Shown: positions 51,907 through 64,000 of the stretch, piece after piece
Layout of the letters: each line of letters opens with the position of its first letter
Numbering within the stretch: position 1 is the stretch's first letter
Source: Lytechinus pictus
Lineage: Eukaryota
Assembly: GCF_037042905.1 (NCBI RefSeq)
Contig: NC_087246.1
Coordinates: 9,674,001-9,738,000 of the forward strand
DNA: 64,000 bases
Reading direction: 5' to 3'
Translations under genes and position numbers: made by a program
Notes under the pieces: model-generated
Database searches by the model: none
Told to the model about the DNA's origin: nothing
What the model saw: the letters and a program-made list of their open reading frames with translations, nothing else

Positions 51907-52558
51907 TGGGTCAGATGCATAAAACATAGCAATTGCTTTCGCTTGATTCCAGATGCATAAAAATGAGTACCAGGTATTAAAGTAAATGATTTTGCAAGTT
52001 CAAGCAATGGCTAACAGACAGCTAGCATTTCCTTGACTATTAAACTATTGCTAAAAAGCATATCCATAAAGCGAACATTTTGCTTGTGCGTTTAAGCACT
52101 TGCTTGGGTTTTTCAAGCTTCTTCAGAGCAGCTTGAGTGTTTGCTTGATCAGGGCATTCACAGTTTTTAGTCATGTTTATGCACTTGAGAGAACCTCAAG
52201 GTGTACTGTACCGTAGCCTATATGTACATGTTTTCTCCCTAATAAGTGCAAATTAAGTGTCAAATATTCATATTTATCAAAAAGAAACAAGTTAGTTTGA
52301 CACCACGTCTGAGGAAAAGATGTTATAGGAAAGAAGCGGTAATTGCACTTCTGCACCTTTTTGAGTCCTGCCTTTTCTGTGAGCCGTGTTCGCACCAGTG
52401 TGATGTTGCTATTGTTCAAACCACTAGCAATTGCTTTCTGAAGGCAAGAAAAGGGTTCAAGCATTAGCAAGGGGTTATGCATATGAAATAACGCAATTGC
52501 TTGGCTAGCTATTGCTTGTGCTTGAAGCAATTGCTACTTTTTAATGCATCTGACCCAA
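51907..52558. mobile_element. Palindromic MITE downstream of the CFAP119 stop codon
   Basis: TTGGGTCAGATGCATAAAACATAGCAATTGCTT ... AAGCAATTGCTACTTTTTAATGCATCTGACCCAA. Confidence 0.75.
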
Positions 52559-54491
52559 TATCTAATACTCAATTTAACTAATACAGAAATGTGCGCGTCC
52601 TGTGAGCATGATTTGTCCAACACAGCAATTGTTTTATAGGAAACGCATCTTGCAATTTAAGTTTGAAATACAGTCACACTTAAATCTTTGTGATAGACCC
52701 CCCTGGTCTAATGTCATATGGAGAGAGAGAAATCCTTTTAATGTCAATCAATATCCAACTTGAATGGAATTTCTCTTTCATCACAATTCTATATGGTAGT
52801 TAGTACTGATCTCAAACAATCATATTTGTATTGCATCCGTCAAAATAATAATCTGAACAGGTTATTGGTCTAAACCCTGTCGTGTAACCAAAGATGTTTC
52901 CAACCAACGTCACAAAATTGGGCAAAAATGCCATGAATCCTGACATCTGTCACAAGCCGGTAATAGTACCCTGAGCCAAAAATAGTACAGTAACTATCTA
53001 CGACTTGAATCATGGACATGTACTTTGTATTTGCAGCAGTGCAGTCATAATTTCTCACTCAAAGACCAGGATTCTCATTGTTATCAAATTCAATTACATT
53101 CCCAATCTGTTGTATTCAATACCCATGACAGATATAAACCAAATATATACAGCACTCAATTGAAGGTTTGGTGAAAGTATGGCCCCCTCAGTGACGCAAA
53201 TGCAGCTCCTCAGAAATTAGTCGCATTCTGGCGTCACTTCGGGATCCATAGGCGATTGTACATATTTATTCACTATCCAGCCTCTGCCCAAGTGATTCAA
53301 ATATTCCTCTCACCCTCAGACTTCCTGCACATCGAAACATTTTCCTCCTCCTTTACTCTTACTCTCTCCCTTCATCCATTCTCTCTTATCCCTGCTCTCT
53401 CTTTTTAATTTCTCTTCTCCCTTCTACCTTCCTCCCCTTCTCTATCTTGCCTATCACCTTCCCCTGTCTCATCATCTTTCTACCTTTTGTATTATAATGC
53501 ACATGTTACATATTTCTAGCAACTGAAAGAGAAATATATCGAGTTACTTATTCTTATTCCAATTGAATTAATTTATTTTGTCTTTATAACAAAATGTATT
53601 ATATGTGTTAAACTATATTCTGATTAAAGATCTATTTCAAATTTACATTTGGTAATTCATGTTTGTCTCATTGGTGACTGGTCTCATCATCTTTTATTTT
53701 CTTTTGCGTTGATATTCTGAAAAAGATGCTTTCATTATTTGTATCAGTGATTATTTGCTAATTGCCATAAGAATAAAATACTGAAAAAATTGTAACTATA
53801 AAGTCATTGGTTAGGAATCAAAACCATTGTCACCACAAAACTGTTATAAAAACGCAGCATGGTCAATCAATAATTCAAAACGTAGAGAAAGTTCCAATTA
53901 GGAATCACCGAATGTACTTTTAAAAGTGCAAATTCTATCCTAGAACATCAAAAGACCTTAGAAAAATAAATAACATTGTGCTATTTTCTATTTAACTGCA
54001 GATGAGAAAACATGAATAACTTGGAAGCATTTCATGAAATAAATGCTTTCCACTGCCAATTTTCCTCTAAGCGAATCATATTTAAGGATAACAGTAGCTT
54101 AAAGGAAATAATGAAAATCTCTATTCTTTTCATAAAATGCTACGCTTGTATAACGCAAGTTGTGAGATATTCAAATCAATTCCAACTATGGAAAGCCAGC
54201 CACGTGATAGGTAGTCATCATAATAAGTAGTCATCAAGAAAGCATGCACTATCCTTTTGTAAGCAAAATTGGTTGGGAAAAATGCTTTTCAGATGACAAT
54301 TTACATTGCGGGCATTCAATAGTTGAGATGTACATACATGTAAACTGTACTGAAAATCACAATTTCATTGGCAAAATGGCACAAAATATGAATACCCCAG
54401 TGTTAAAAAAAGTTGAATAAGTGCTATCTGTTCTCGTGCTAAAATTTACTTCTATAGACATGAAACCAAAGGAACAAGCTCTGCCATTCCT

Positions 54492-57400
54492 TCAAGTCAC
54501 TGGATCCTCTGAGCGAAGTCTCTTCCTAGGATTGTCCATATTGTTATCTTGGTTGCTATGGTGATTTGTAAATTCTTCCTGATGTCTATAACCTGTCCCA
54601 TCTTTAATAGCAGGTTGTGGTTCTGAATCTGTCTGATTCCTTGACACACTACGCACTCCTGCTTGCTGTATGGACAAATGGAAAAATATACAAGACTTTT
54701 TTCCTCAAACTACCTTTCAAAGTTTTTGGTTGGACAAGATTTATGTGTATGTATAAAAAATACAAGAATAAAGATGAATTTCCATGCTTTGGGGAGTAAA
54801 ATGCATTTCAGGAAGTGTATTCTAAACTTCTGAAACAAGTTTCTGTCATACAGTAAATTGATAGCATTATAGACCTTGAGATATATCAAGCACAAAATGA
54901 AATTGACAAATTATACATTAATGGAAAACAAGCTGCAAATCCAAGTCTTTTTCATGCATTTTCACTTCTCGCCAGCTGAGTATTTGTATTTGCCATTTAA
55001 ATATATGAATCTTGAAAATGGGATTTAGTGTACTTATCACTGGCCTGAATTATATGACATTATCTTATGTGAACAGAGTTGTGATTACTTCCATTAGTAT
55101 AAAAAAATTTATGTTTTCCAGATTCAAATTAGAATTGTTTACAATCACTTGCATAGAAAATGATCTATAAAAATATATATTGCCTCGGATGCCTCCACCT
55201 CAAGGCCATTTCTGTTTGACACTAATCTGCTATGGTTGCTTTGTCAGGCAAAATTTACACACAAGTCTGATTTATTACAGACAGAGTATACAATGCCACA
55301 GACATAAAAATGTAAACTAAAACCAAATTGCTTTGATAAGTCAGTAAAAATACCATTCCAATCATTACTTCCCTAATTGTTTAGATTTTCTCCTTGACAC
55401 TTCACGCGATATTTCCGAAACGCAAAAGGATATAGCCGCAAATTTTTTTTTAAAGAATTGTTTAGATTTTCTCCTTTTTTTGTATGAGTATTTCATCACA
55501 ATTAAATGATTGGCTTCTTTAGATGACACTGCCATATTTTCATCTAAGAAATTTGGACACAAAAATATAGTGATACCATATATGTAGGGTAGTGATCTCT
55601 TACCGTGATTTGAAAGGGTACTGTTGCTTCTTGTTTGGAAGGAGACTTGTATAAGTTGGCAAATCTGGGACAAAAAGTAAGTACTAGTAGATAAACATGA
55701 AGAGTAATAGAAACAGTATTCATGAATAACATGCTTTGACCCTAAAAGGACAGGGGGGGATGATGGCTCCCCCCTTGACACTTCACGCGATATTTCCGAA
55801 ACACAAAAGGATATAGCCGCAAAATTTTATGACTTTTTTTTGCAACTTTTGAGACCAAATTCGTGACATACAGGTATAGTGTCACAATGTCACATGACTT
55901 TTTATGACAGTGTCATGCCGAAAATGGCTCATTTTTAAACTTTGTGTACAAAGTCTTTCGGAGAAGAAATTCATAAAAGGGTGATTATTTTCAATTCCAA
56001 TTGTTCTGCTTAAATAATTTAGGGTTTGATTTAGTTGCTGAATGGTCTGTAATAATTTCCATTGAAAAAACAATAGAAAACAAAAGACGAAAAAACAAAT
56101 AAATACATAAGAACTTCTAAAAACAAAGAAATACATATGGAAAAATTTGGCATTTGCAATTTTTTGTGGAAACCTTTAAATAAGACTACAAAGATGACAT
56201 CTGGGGAAAAATGAAAATTTGAAGTGAAGTTGCTTGTTAAATATGCAAATAATCTTTTTCATGAAAAAAAATTGCATATCTTATTCATGATAAAAAAAAA
56301 ATTATTATTTTTTGATTTTTTTTAAATACTGGCTTGTAATTTATGTGGTAATTTCGACGCAATCTAGCGATCATGGCCCCCCCCCCAGTCCTCAATACAT
56401 CTCAAATAGCCCAATCCTTTTAGGGTTAAAGTATACATCCAAAGAAAATTCACGAAAGTGATGATTATAGACAAATTATATATGAATGGAAAGGTCTTGT
56501 CTTTTTATACACAAATATGTCACTAAAAAGTCTTATTGATGTCGTGGAAATGCAAGAAATGAAATTATTAGAGACCCTTCTCAGCCCCCCCCAGCCGCAC
56601 CCAGACCGACAGTTCACGCAGTGAAAACAGTCGAGAATAATGACGTCACACAATAATCGAGCTCCTCATCTCTAGCCCTCTGTGCATATACACTGAATCA
56701 CCTTACTGACCTCTTCAATATCTTCCGAATTTACCGTTTTCTTCATGTAATGTGACATCCGAATTCTGTTTTCGACAACTTCAGACTATAAGGGAACCAG
56801 AACTGTGTAATTTTGCCCGTTTTTTATTGAATTGTGAACTGGAAAGATCGATTTTGTCCACTCGACAGTCTTCGTTGTGTTGCTCTACTAACTATTGAAA
56901 AACTCCAAGCTGCACGGTCCCATTCACTTGCTCCCGATGCATGTTGCAGGCTACGCTGTTTGATCCAGTCAAAAGTCAAGGTAAGCATGTTTGGAAACTG
57001 TACTTGTTCTGACGATGCATTCAGGTCAGATGACAGATACAGATCTGATATAAGTTTAGAATCATGCATTTTGGCATAACTACTATTAAAATTAAAAAGT
57101 TTTTATTTTAGAAATAATGTTTTTGCACAATTCCACCCAAGGGTTCATTACATGCCGCCACGCACAGAAAAATCAAGCCATAGAAGTCGTGTGTTGTGGA
57201 CCCAAGAAGTGAGATCCCAGACGCTAGCTCCAGGCTAAGCACGCGCGACCCACTAGTTAGAAATCCACTGCCAAACGCGGTTCGTGGTGCGAGGTTAGTA
57301 TACTTAATACGTGTGAGTGGCACAATTCCAGCAGATTTTTTCTTCAGATTTCTAAAACTGGTCAGGACTCAGGCAGGCGATTAAATTATTTAGGAGCACT

Positions 57401-60400
57401 GAGTGGTATGGACCATGGCTGAAAATCTGCTGTTTCAGAGGAATGTTTAAGTTTTTATTATACACAGAATTATATCACCATGATGCCGATGTCATGAAGC
57501 CAGACAAATTTTCAGCAGTGTTACCCTGATTCCTGGCCAAAATCACTCACACGTATTGAGTGGTTAGTATTAGTATACTACTAGTACGTATTGCGAGGTT
57601 AGTATTAGTATACTAACCACGAACCGCGTTTGGCAGTGGATTTCTAACTAGTGGGTCGCGCGTGCTGGGATCTCACTTCTTGGGTCCACGACTTCTATGG
57701 CTTGAATTTTCTGTGCGCGGCGGCATGTAATGAACCCTTGGGTGGGCCAAAATTAGAGTCTGGTGTTTCTTTCTGATTAGAGTGTTGCTGCATATATGTA
57801 TGCGTAATGCCTTCAACAATGAAGATAAATGCAATCTTTGTAATGACACAGAGACTCAGAGAGCACCGTACCTCAAGTGATGTTCGTGTAGTCTCCACTT
57901 CACTACTGGAGTACTGTTACAGCCTACACTACGCTACACACCTACCCGGGTAGGTGTGGCGTACATGTACGGTAGTGTAGCGGTAGTGAAGTGGAGTGGG
58001 GCCTACACAAACATCACTTGAGGTAGAGCACCAGTGTTCTGAGTGGAACTTTTCAGGTGTCTAAACCTACTATCATTTGTTGTTGACCGGGAATTACATG
58101 CCACCGCACGTCATCAATCATCACGATAATTAAATTCATACTTTGATTTGATTATTTCTTTTTTTCTCTCTTCTACACACAGATCTGCACACTTGCTGAC
58201 TCTGGTGACTTCTGGTCTCTGCTTGCTACCTCAATCTGGGAGATTCCATCATGTCCTTTTACTATGATTTGGGTATAGCCATTTTTTTCTTCACTCTTTC
58301 CAGGACCTACGGTTTGCAAATTGTGGACTGATAATGATACAAAAGAAAATTTTTCTTTATCAATCTTGGAAACAATTTTGAGCACAGTTTTGGAGAGAAC
58401 TAAGAAATTTGACTTGGACAGGAATACAGCTTGTCAAAAATAATAACACACAATTTAAACGAAAGAACAATTTTAATGTTACTAGGGCATTTTGCGAGAA
58501 ATGTTATACTCAATCACACGTCCCAAATCAAGGGTAAGTCCTTTGATTAAACATGTAGTTGAATTGCGATTGCAACTCGACCTTATTACGCTTGAATTTG
58601 AATTTAAGACTTACGCTTGATTTGCAATTGAACATAAGTTTCTCGCAGTGCCCCATAATTATGTTTTGTTATCAGATATTTAACGTGCTGATTTTTCTCG
58701 AAAGGTATAATATATTTGTCCTTTTAAACGGTATTTGAATATGGGTACGCCTTTTATTTGTTTTCCACAATATTTATTGCATGTATGAACAGAAGTGAAA
58801 TATTTATTGTGAAGCACTGTGAATGTTGTGTGATGGTTCATCATTTTTGTTATAAGACTGAAAGCCTGGTGGATGTGAGGAAGTGGTCTTGATGAAAGAA
58901 AAGTGAACATGTGTCCAATTACTGATCTGCATATTCTAAGACAATTTTGTTTCTGGATAAATTTTGCTATGCATTCCCTACATTAAGAGTAAAGGAGAAG
59001 TCCACGCAATCAAAAATTCATTTGAATTTAAAGAAAAATAACAAGATATTGCAGGAAATTTCATAAAAACTTTGATTCAAATTTATATAATTACTATTTT
59101 AACAGTTCCGTAAATATAACCTATTGTGATCAGATGAAGAGTTTCCTATCGTCAAATCTGCAAAGAATAAAAAACAAAATGCCACAAAAAATAGAAACGA
59201 ATGTGATGTGAGTGACAACTCTAATTTGCATATCATTGTTTTGTGTATATGACTGTTTTGAGTAAAAACAAGGGAAATTACTCTATTCAAATAATTTTTA
59301 GTTGATGTGGACTTGACTTTTAACTCTACCCCTCCCATCCCAAATAAGAGTAGAAATAATCTAATCAAGAACTTGAAAATCAAAAGCAGCAATTAAGAAG
59401 CAAGATTTGATAAATACAGGTCTGAATAGAATTTCACAAGAAAATAAAAAGAGAAAAAAAAGATGGGTAGGGACGGGGAAGGAATTAAAAAAAAATACCC
59501 AGAAAAAAAAATCTGAGTTTCGAACCAGGGTCCTCGCACATGACAAAACAATGGCCAACGCATTTGGCCACAGACCATAGCCCTAACGCGACGGCATTTT
59601 TAAGATATATGAAAGAAAGTCCGCTCGCCGCTGTTTCCTAATAATGCTTCGGCAATTCAACTGCAATTTCAGTCATTTCGCGATGGATATTGCCGTGTTT
59701 TTTTGTGGTTCCTGACTTTGCTACTTAATGAAATTTCATAATTTTTGTTCAGTCATAAAAAAGAATGTCTATGCTTTATATTGACTATAACATTAATGTG
59801 ACGCAAGTGTGATTTCTACGTGAAAATATGCTTTGTTTATTCACATATATTTCTTGAAAAAAAAAAAACAATTCTAAGCTAAATATCGGTTACCAAAATA
59901 CGTTAAATGTGCACTTTTTTCACTGTTCAGTAAATTCAAACTTTTATCTATATAACAAGACCAATCTTAAGAGGAATAAACAATTCTAAGAGCAAAAAAC
60001 GCTGATTGGAAAGATCGTCTCCAATGGGCTGCTGTCAGCTCAGCTGCTCACTGCTCATTGTGTGACGTCACTCAGCTGGAGCTCGCAAGAGGACCGGTGG
60101 AAGGCAGAAATATGGCATGAAAATAAATCATTTTTGAGAGCTGATTTCTGCAATCTCTGATCACTATTTTGAAAAGTGAAGTTATATATCTGATTAGTAA
60201 TACTTCCCCTTTACAATGATGACCACATAAAGTCATTATAAAATACTTTTGATTCTTTGGATGTATACTTTAAGCTTTATGGAAGTCCAGCTCTATTTTA
60301 CATGTAAATATATAAATCTTTATGGCATTTCGGTCGGATGATTTGTAGTAAAATGTATAAAAAGAGCAGAGTTGTGAGGGACAATTTTAAGCTTTGTTTC

Positions 60401-63400
60401 TATTCAAAAGATGGGTAGTGCATGACAAATACACCTTGTCAGATCTAGGCCCTGTTACAGAAAAGATGAACCGGAAATCAATCATATATTCAAGCATGGC
60501 TGTAAGTATGCACATAACTTTTGTGAGAATGTTGGTCCCTCTAGAAACTGGTTGTCCCCTGTACAATATCTATGGGAATCATTGAATCTAGTAGTAAAGG
60601 GCTAACTATTTAGTTTGTATTATAATTCTACCTTTGTGCTTGTTTCCAGTAGAGGATGAGTCTGATGGTACAAGCATGACCCCAGCTCTCTCCTAGAGCA
60701 GGAACTAAGTGAGATGTCCCTTCTCCTATCTTAGTGGTCATCTGGTTGGTCAGTACAACCTGACCATAGGGAATGAAAAGGTTGTGGGGGGAGAACCAAT
60801 GTTATAATAATAAATATTTCATTTTTACCCGGGGGTAGTTAGTAGTGAAGAATCAACAGTGGTCATAATAATATCCATTTCAGTCCTGAGCATAAAAGAG
60901 TATGAAGTAATTTCGCATCAAAATATAGCAAAACATTTTTAAAAACCCACAAACAAAACACATAATGGTTACAATCAATTGCAAAATTACAATGATCGAG
61001 ATTACTGTTACTTGAGCATATTGGTCTTCTCTACTCACTAATGCCCCTTTTGTCTCCTTGTTTCTAGTGTTGCTGTAGCTTGTTTGTGGTCTATATTATG
61101 GTTGTTCCACTTTATATGTTTGTCATTTTGTCTCCGACGAAGATTCCGCTAGGATCGAAAGCTTAGGCCCCTTTTTGACTTTCTAACTTGAGCATATTGT
61201 TCAACAATCCATTATCAACCAATCAAATTGTTAGGATATGAATTGCAACTGATCACAAATATTTGTGTCACAGGGCCATGATTGGACTGAGAACTTATGG
61301 AATAAGATACACCTGGGCTGCATCTTAAAAAGAGTTGAGATTGATCCAATCAACCACAACTATGGATGGCCAGCAACGTCAACATCTAAATCACAAATTT
61401 GTTCAAAATATCTTCGAGATATGATGTGTATTCATCGTATTCTTGAAGATTCAGTGTGATTCTCTGTTTACTATGGAGATTGTGCAAATTTCCTGTAGAA
61501 ATTTTTTTTGGTGTGGATGGATTACCACAGTCAAGATTGATTGGATCAATTGCAACTTTTTGTAAGACGGGGTCCCAGGTGGGGAAATAGACAATGACTT
61601 GCAGTTCTACTTATGATTAGTCATTCGTTGTCATATAAATGTACAATGATGATAACAATTTAAATGTAATTCAAATGTATTGTGTATTCAAGTATTGAAA
61701 TATTGATGTGGAAAAATTGAAATAAGGAGCATCATTTTCTGAAGTTGAAATTCACAAGAGGGCTATTTCACAAAAAGTCAAATTATCACACTGTATTTTG
61801 GTAATCTCATTGATGTTCATGTTGTAGTATGATTCCAATGAACATGATCTGGGGTCTGTTTCATGAAGACTTACAACTGTTACATTACATCATTAAGACA
61901 ACTCCCATGGTAACATAGCTCAGTGGCCAAGCACAATAAAGATTTCCATGGTAGTGACAATAACAGCAAAGTTACCATAGTGTAAGTCTTTATGGAACAG
62001 GACAATCCAGTGATCAGACAACTGGGACTATTAAGAATGATTTTATCAAAAGCCAAACCCCTTGGTCTCATGTTCACTGATAAATGAATTCAGAGATATG
62101 GATACCAAAGGTTAGGATTGTCCTGGCCAAAAGTATTAGTAGTTAATAGGTACTTTGAATATGTCATAGAAACACTCAGAATATAAATACTCTATACACA
62201 TTCAGGAATTTTTGCATTACGAGGTAAGGTTACTACGTGGAGAAACTCACTGCCAAATTATACTGAGTAGCAATCCTGATGAGATTCTGTGCTAATCCAT
62301 TAAGGAGCCTGGTACGAAGAGACATGTCATCAAAATCATGTCTGAAATGGAAGGCTATACTGTCCACGGTTATCAATTTCACCTGAAAATTGAAGATTGG
62401 TGAATCAAGAGTGGTAAAAATGGAAAGAGACAGGGGAAGAAGAGAGGGATGTTGATAGTACAAGTAAGTGGTGTGCACAAGGCAGCAAAGCCAAGGCAAA
62501 GATCCCTTGAAATCAAAATTAATAATTACAAAGGATGAATGTTTGAAATATACTGTAATAGTGCCACTTTATTATTCATTTAAACTAATCATTGTCTGGA
62601 AGGAACTGGGTGGTGAAAGGTTGAAGGACTAATAACGTTACTGACAATATTGTCATAATGTGTCCAGTACTTTTGGGCAGGGATTAATTTACCTAGTACA
62701 ATAAAATATACAACATCAATACAATTATCCTGTTATCTAATGAAACTAGGTAGGCACTATTAAACCAGATATGAACCAATAGCGCCATCTCAAGTCCTCA
62801 ACTACTCATATCTGGCCAGTTTCCTGACCCATAATGCTAGTGTAGTCTAGTAATATAGACCCACTTGAATGATAACATGTTAATTAACTACTCAATACAT
62901 TTATACCGCAATAATTATGTTAACAAGTAGCAAAACAATTACTTTTCCTCTCAAAACATTTTAGTTCCTCTATACAAATTTATAGGTCAATTTATTCTCT
63001 GTAATATTAGTAGATATCTGAAAATGTATATTTTAAGACTATTTATTTATAACACACATTCAATGAGAGACTACACACAGTTCACTCCCCCTTAAAAAAC
63101 TTATTAATTCAGTAGCAGGCCTCACATTTTGATATTTTAAGGACAATTTTTTGATTGAAAAAAAGGTACCCATGGGCGGTCTTAGGTCAATAAAAACCCT
63201 GCAGTGGTCTTCTGCTTAAATGGACCTAATCATCCCTGTCAAAGATTTTTTTTAGACATCTTATCTTGGGAATAATTACCTTTGGATTTTTGGATAAGAA
63301 TTCTGGCAAGAGGTTGACAAGTGCAATGAGCTCCACATGATTATGACAACGGAAGTAATGGATACTAGATAATATCTTCTCAGTGGTGAAGTCTTGCAAG

Positions 63401-63401
63401 C
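54492..63401 (-). CDS. RAD51C: DNA repair protein RAD51 paralog C, 3' part (last 5 exons; 5' end lies beyond the window)
   Basis: Exons 63401-63280, 62382-62251, 60759-60632, 55664-55604, 54665-54492. Translation includes [10 protein letters not shown]...[32 protein letters not shown]...[11 protein letters not shown]...[19 protein letters not shown]...LYKSPS, typical of RAD51C. Confidence 0.93.
55740..56425. mobile_element. piggyBac-like MITE
   Basis: CCCTAAAAGGA...TCCTTTTAGGG ends, flanked by TTGA and TTAA. Confidence 0.7.
56430..60269. mobile_element. 3.84-kb Kolobok-like non-autonomous element in a RAD51C intron
   Basis: TTAA|AGTATACATCCAAAGAA...TTCTTTGGATGTATACT|TTAA: 17-bp perfect TIR with TTAA on both sides. 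Confidence 0.7.
59513..59582 (-). other. Degenerate tRNA-like / SINE-head sequence
   Basis: Minus strand reads GGCTATGGTCTGTGG (A-box-like)...GGTTCGAAAC (B box), followed by a T run. No clean cloverleaf. Confidence 0.4.
61024..61185 (+). mobile_element. 162-bp retroposed insertion, Penelope-like remnant with a minimal hammerhead motif
   Basis: 14-bp TSD ACTTGAGCATATTG at 61010-61023 and 61186-61199. Hammerhead-like core at 61130-61168. Confidence 0.7.
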
Positions 63402-64000
63402 CTGAACAGTAGAACACATGGAGGTAATAGTCGAATAATAATGCATAATTCACGATTCTAATGATGACAGAGATAGCAAAACATGATTGAATACATCTAA
63501 AGTATAGTGCTCTTCTATCACTTCAAGCAATGATCATTTCCATATCAGTGAAAACTTAAGAATAGAATCATTTAACAAAAATTGAGATAAGGAAGGCTGT
63601 TTAAAAAACATGTATATGGGTTAAAAGGCTATGCTCAAAGAGAAAAAAAATAATGTATTGAGAGTTGTCTGTTCAATATTCATTGTTCATTTATTAAACC
63701 CTTTTGAAATAGAAAGAGCAACATTGATACCATGGATTCCCTCATTCCCTCCATCCCCTCACTTGCCTTAATAGTTAATACAAAAGGGAGTTTATCATGA
63801 TAAGCATGCCACAAGCTACTGAGATCATCGCTTGTGAATGGATGAGAGCAGATCACTGTGGAGCCACTGTGTGAAATGCTTCCTAGACCTAGACCACACA
63901 CCTGTTTGATCGCCTGTACCGGCCATTGTGTAACAATGTTCTGATGCAGCCTGAGCTATGTCCCATGCTCTCTTAGGTATGAAGCTACCCTCCGTATCAA

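Overview
AT-rich, intron-rich eukaryotic (animal) DNA. The repeat landscape looks echinoderm/sea-urchin-like, which is an inference. Three spliced host genes can be assembled by hand: a 10-exon classical SDR (FabG-like) on -, an 8-exon CFAP119/CCDC189 on +, and the last 5 exons of RAD51C on -. Around them lie many non-autonomous DNA transposons (EnSpm-like, hAT-like, Kolobok-like, piggyBac-like and long foldbacks). The standout is an intact, very young 8.86-kb Ty3/Gypsy LTR retrotransposon at 16526-25388, with 400-bp LTRs identical by eye, an ATAT TSD, a tRNA-Leu PBS and a -1 frameshift site. Where env would sit, it carries a third ORF with two C2H2 zinc fingers and a duplicated unknown domain, apparently reached by splicing from a donor in the LTR. 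Its 5' leader holds about 15 tandem units that fold into the same hairpin with compensatory changes. Together these suggest a self-regulatory protein-plus-array module. A 162-bp retro-insertion with a 14-bp TSD and a Penelope-type minimal hammerhead motif sits in a RAD51C intron.
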